DNA of 63,473 nt, counting the filler, from Globobulimina sp. (lineage: Eukaryota), in the NCBI GenBank assembly GCA_003354225.1. It is 57 parts of 57 records of this genome, joined end to end, with 100 filler letters (N's around TTAATTAATTAA, not from the genome) between each part and the next. Parts side by side here need not be neighbours in the genome. Positions count along the whole stretch, not along the records: positions 61,346 to 62,359 come from PIVH01025771.1; positions 62,460 to 63,473 come from PIVH01025772.1; 55 more parts are not named here. The stretch is one strand, 5' to 3'. The number at the start of each line of letters is the position of its first letter. The stretch's first letter is position 1. Made by a program: the position numbers and the translations under genes. Below the pieces are notes generated by a model. That model worked only from the letters and a program-made list of their open reading frames with translations. It ran no database searches and was not told the origin of the DNA. Shown in pieces: positions 61,246 to 63,473 of the stretch.

Positions 61246-61345
61246 NNNNNNNNNNNNNNNNNNNNNNNNNNNNNNNNNNNNNNNNNNNNTTAATTAATTA
61301 ANNNNNNNNNNNNNNNNNNNNNNNNNNNNNNNNNNNNNNNNNNNN

Positions 61346-61422
61346 TTTCTCAGATCGGAGCCGCATTTGTTGCTGAAATTGGAACCTTCTGGAATATTAA
61401 ATTGGCATTCTGGGCATTTCAT
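61346..61422 (-). CDS. Double-zinc-ribbon N-terminus (as in deltaproteobacterial adenylate/guanylate cyclase-AAA proteins)
   Basis: MKCPECQFNIPEGSNFSNKCGSDL, with the third Cys replaced by Ser. Confidence 0.55.
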
Positions 61423-61632
61423 TCTCTAAATCCATGCTAAATTGATCTTAAAAATCAATATTATAGGTATAATAGGGAGAATTCAAACCATGATGGTGTA
61501 TAGCAAATATACCAGTGGGGGTCAAATACAGAAAAATCAGAAAGGATAGAGGCTATTCTTGACTTTCCTTACAACCTTCCCAAAACCTCCTGTAAAGCAT
61601 TTTACAATCCGGTGAATAAATCACAAAAAAAC

Positions 61633-61648
61633 TGTGATCCAGTTCACT
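61633..61648. promoter_or_regulatory. CRP/FNR-family or Rex-like operator
   Basis: TGTGA-N6-TCACT in the divergent intergenic region. Confidence 0.4.
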
Positions 61649-61781
61649 GAAAATTTTAAAAATATATGATTTAATGAAATTAAAATTAAGACAGAGATAA
61701 GTTCCAATACAAAAACAATTTTCACAGAACAAGGTAAGGGCATTTCAACTTTTTAATAAAACAAAAAAGGAAGGAACTAAA

Positions 61782-61976
61782 ATGAAAACTACTATGAAAA
61801 AAAGCTTAAACGTTCTTAAGGTAATCGTAATTCTTGGCGGAATTGTTTTCTGGGGAATGGTATGTTACAGCGCCGTTGGTGACGTCAGTAAAGTCAACAA
61901 CAGCACGAAGGCCAATTCTGTTATAGATATAACCGGTACAGGGCATTGTATGTCAGCAGGTTATGGAGGGTTTTAA
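61782..61976 (+). CDS. Small bacterial single-TM or secreted protein, 64 aa
   Basis: Strong SD AGGAAGGA, basic N-terminus, hydrophobic helix and a downstream hairpin. Confidence 0.7.
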   Translation: MKTTMKKSLNVLKVIVILGGIVFWGMVCYSAVGDVSKVNNSTKANSVIDITGTGHCMSAGYGGF

Positions 61977-62000
61977 ATGGCGCATCACTACATGGCTTAC

Positions 62001-62033
62001 GAAGCGGTCTGTTTATAAAAAACAAACCGCTTC
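62001..62033 (+). terminator. Stem-loop after the small gene
   Basis: GAAGCGGTCTGTTT / AAACAAACCGCTTC with one mismatch and only a weak U-tract. Confidence 0.5.
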
Positions 62034-62123
62034 ATTAATAATCTTTCCTACACCGCATCTTTCAATTTTTTACCTGATTTAAATTTCATAACATGTTCCT
62101 AAAGGGATTTTTTGATTGTTTTT

Positions 62124-62144
62124 GGTGCGTAAAACGCACCCTAC
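62124..62144 (-). repeat. GTAG-family REP element
   Basis: GTAG-GGTGCGT-TTT-ACGCACC on the minus strand. Confidence 0.65.
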
Positions 62145-62464
62145 GATTTCTTGATAGGGATTGTGAAATTTGAATTGATACCGATTCCAGATTATTTGCC
62201 AAAACTGTAATAATCAAGTATTCTTAAAACCAATAGATTACGGTAAATAAGCGTTTTATCCATAGTCAAGCCAAAGAAAAGGGCCAGAGAAAATGATTTG
62301 CAACTGGCCCCTATTAATGTTTTACACCGAATAACAGATTATGGATAAACGCTTTGAACNNNNNNNNNNNNNNNNNNNNNNNNNNNNNNNNNNNNNNNNN
62401 NNNTTAATTAATTAANNNNNNNNNNNNNNNNNNNNNNNNNNNNNNNNNNNNNNNNNNNNTGTAA

Positions 62465-63473
62465 TCATTGTTCAATGCCAATAAAATGCGTTGATTTCCA
62501 ATGCGTCTTTAAAATCCCTTTAGTTGTCACTGATTTTGTACATTTTATTCCATTTGCAGTAACATTACACTTAAATGGCTTTTCGTTTGTATGCATAGCA
62601 ATATGTGCTAGAAAGTTGCCAGAATTTGACGACGATAACGGCAAACCAGTACATCCAAACTTTTTGTTGGTACATCCAAACTCACATTGCAACCACTTTT
62701 TATTTGGATCTTTATCATAATGCTGTTGTAAATGGCATCTATATTCATGAAAACCATCAAAATATTGCTTGCACAGATGACATATTGTAGAAAATAAATA
62801 ACTGTCTTCAAATTCGACAGATTGTGCATTAGAATCAACCACAGTCTCTGGTTTTGTTTCAGATTCTGAATCTGATTCGGATTCGGAGTCTGATTCTGAA
62901 TCTGAACTCGATTGACGATAACCTGATTCTGAAGAGCTGCAATAATCATAGATTTCCCTCTTTTTATTTTTGTCACCTTTTGCTACATTTTTCATTGCAT
63001 TGCTGCGTAAATGCTGTGATTTCCAATGGTTTTTCATCTGTATTTTTAATGCTTTTTTGGTTGCTTTACATTGAATTCCATCAATTTGTATCTTACATTT
63101 GTACGGTTTATCGTTTGTATGCGTTGAAATATGTTGAATAAAACCCCGCGCTCCGTTTGACCGCTGACTACAACCATCAAAATCACATTGTTTCCATGTT
63201 TTTGTTACATCATTAATATAATGGTCATGTAAATGACTTTGATATGAATGGATATCATCAAAATGTTTGTGACAAATATGACAATTTACTGATATATAAT
63301 AACTATCTTCAAATGCCACCACATCTGATGTAGACGTCGGGATTCTGAAATTATGGCTTTTATTTGTTGGTTTATGGAAATATTTTGATGGTGGCGGAGT
63401 TGGTGATGGTGTATGTGTTATAATTAATTCATTATTTTCATTAGATTTATTAATTCCTATTTCTATTTCGCAC
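62465..63473 (-). CDS. C2H2 zinc-finger protein with a duplicated three-finger module
   Basis: CHIC...HLHDH, CDFDGC...HISTHTNDKPYKC; the module repeats after an SE/SD-rich linker. Confidence 0.9.
   Translation of the reverse strand, partial: CEIEIGINKSNENNELIITHTPSPTPPPSKYFHKPTNKSHNFRIPTSTSDVVAFEDSYYISVNCHICHKHFDDIHSYQSHLHDHYINDVTKTWKQCDFDGCSQRSNGARGFIQHISTHTNDKPYKCKIQIDGIQCKATKKALKIQMKNHWKSQHLRSNAMKNVAKGDKNKKREIYDYCSSSESGYRQSSSDSESDSESESDSESETKPETVVDSNAQSVEFEDSYLFSTICHLCKQYFDGFHEYRCHLQQHYDKDPNKKWLQCEFGCTNKKFGCTGLPLSSSNSGNFLAHIAMHTNEKPFKCNVTANGIKCTKSVTTKGILKTHWKSTHFIGIEQ

Noticed and set aside
61962-61973. C-terminal YGGF as an opioid-peptide mimic
   Set aside because: A four-residue match is expected by chance, and opioid activity needs a free N-terminal Tyr with processing sites not seen here.

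Overview
This window is not one locus. It is 57 unrelated short contigs sorted by length (1x1017, 24x1016, 24x1015, 8x1014 bp), joined by an artificial 100-bp spacer (44 N + TTAATTAATTAA + 44 N, stops in all six frames). Adjacency across spacers therefore means nothing, and almost every gene is partial. Most contigs are AT-rich eukaryotic DNA with short GT-AG introns. Their gene families (F-box-like, ART-like, RGS, beta-helix, SPRY-like) resemble those I associate with Foraminifera/Rhizaria, which is an inference. Mixed in are bacterial contigs (Desulfobacterales-like), phage-like contigs, probable invertebrate repeat/retroelement contigs and two eukaryote-bacterium chimeras, consistent with an amplified single-cell or low-input marine sediment sample. 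Recognisable genes: COG4, a PDI/thioredoxin, Patched/NPC1-like, dynein heavy chain, HAS1/DDX18 helicase, PPWD1-like cyclophilin, leishmanolysin, a kinase, RCC1, ankyrin, an amino-acid transporter, GT34, rhomboid, LarA, a tyrosine recombinase and LINE RT/RNase H fragments. The most notable signals are largely invisible in the ORF track: (1) a Polinton/Maverick-type protein-primed DNA polymerase B split by five short spliceosomal introns with an intact spliced frame (44627-45641); (2) two covarying minimal hammerhead ribozymes on separate contigs; (3) a phage-like array of tiny genes, each preceded by the same TGTCTTA+SD junction motif; (4) in-frame TGA codons at probable Cys positions in two genes; (5) a Tc1/mariner-type terminal repeat shared by two contigs and inserted into a LINE RNase H.
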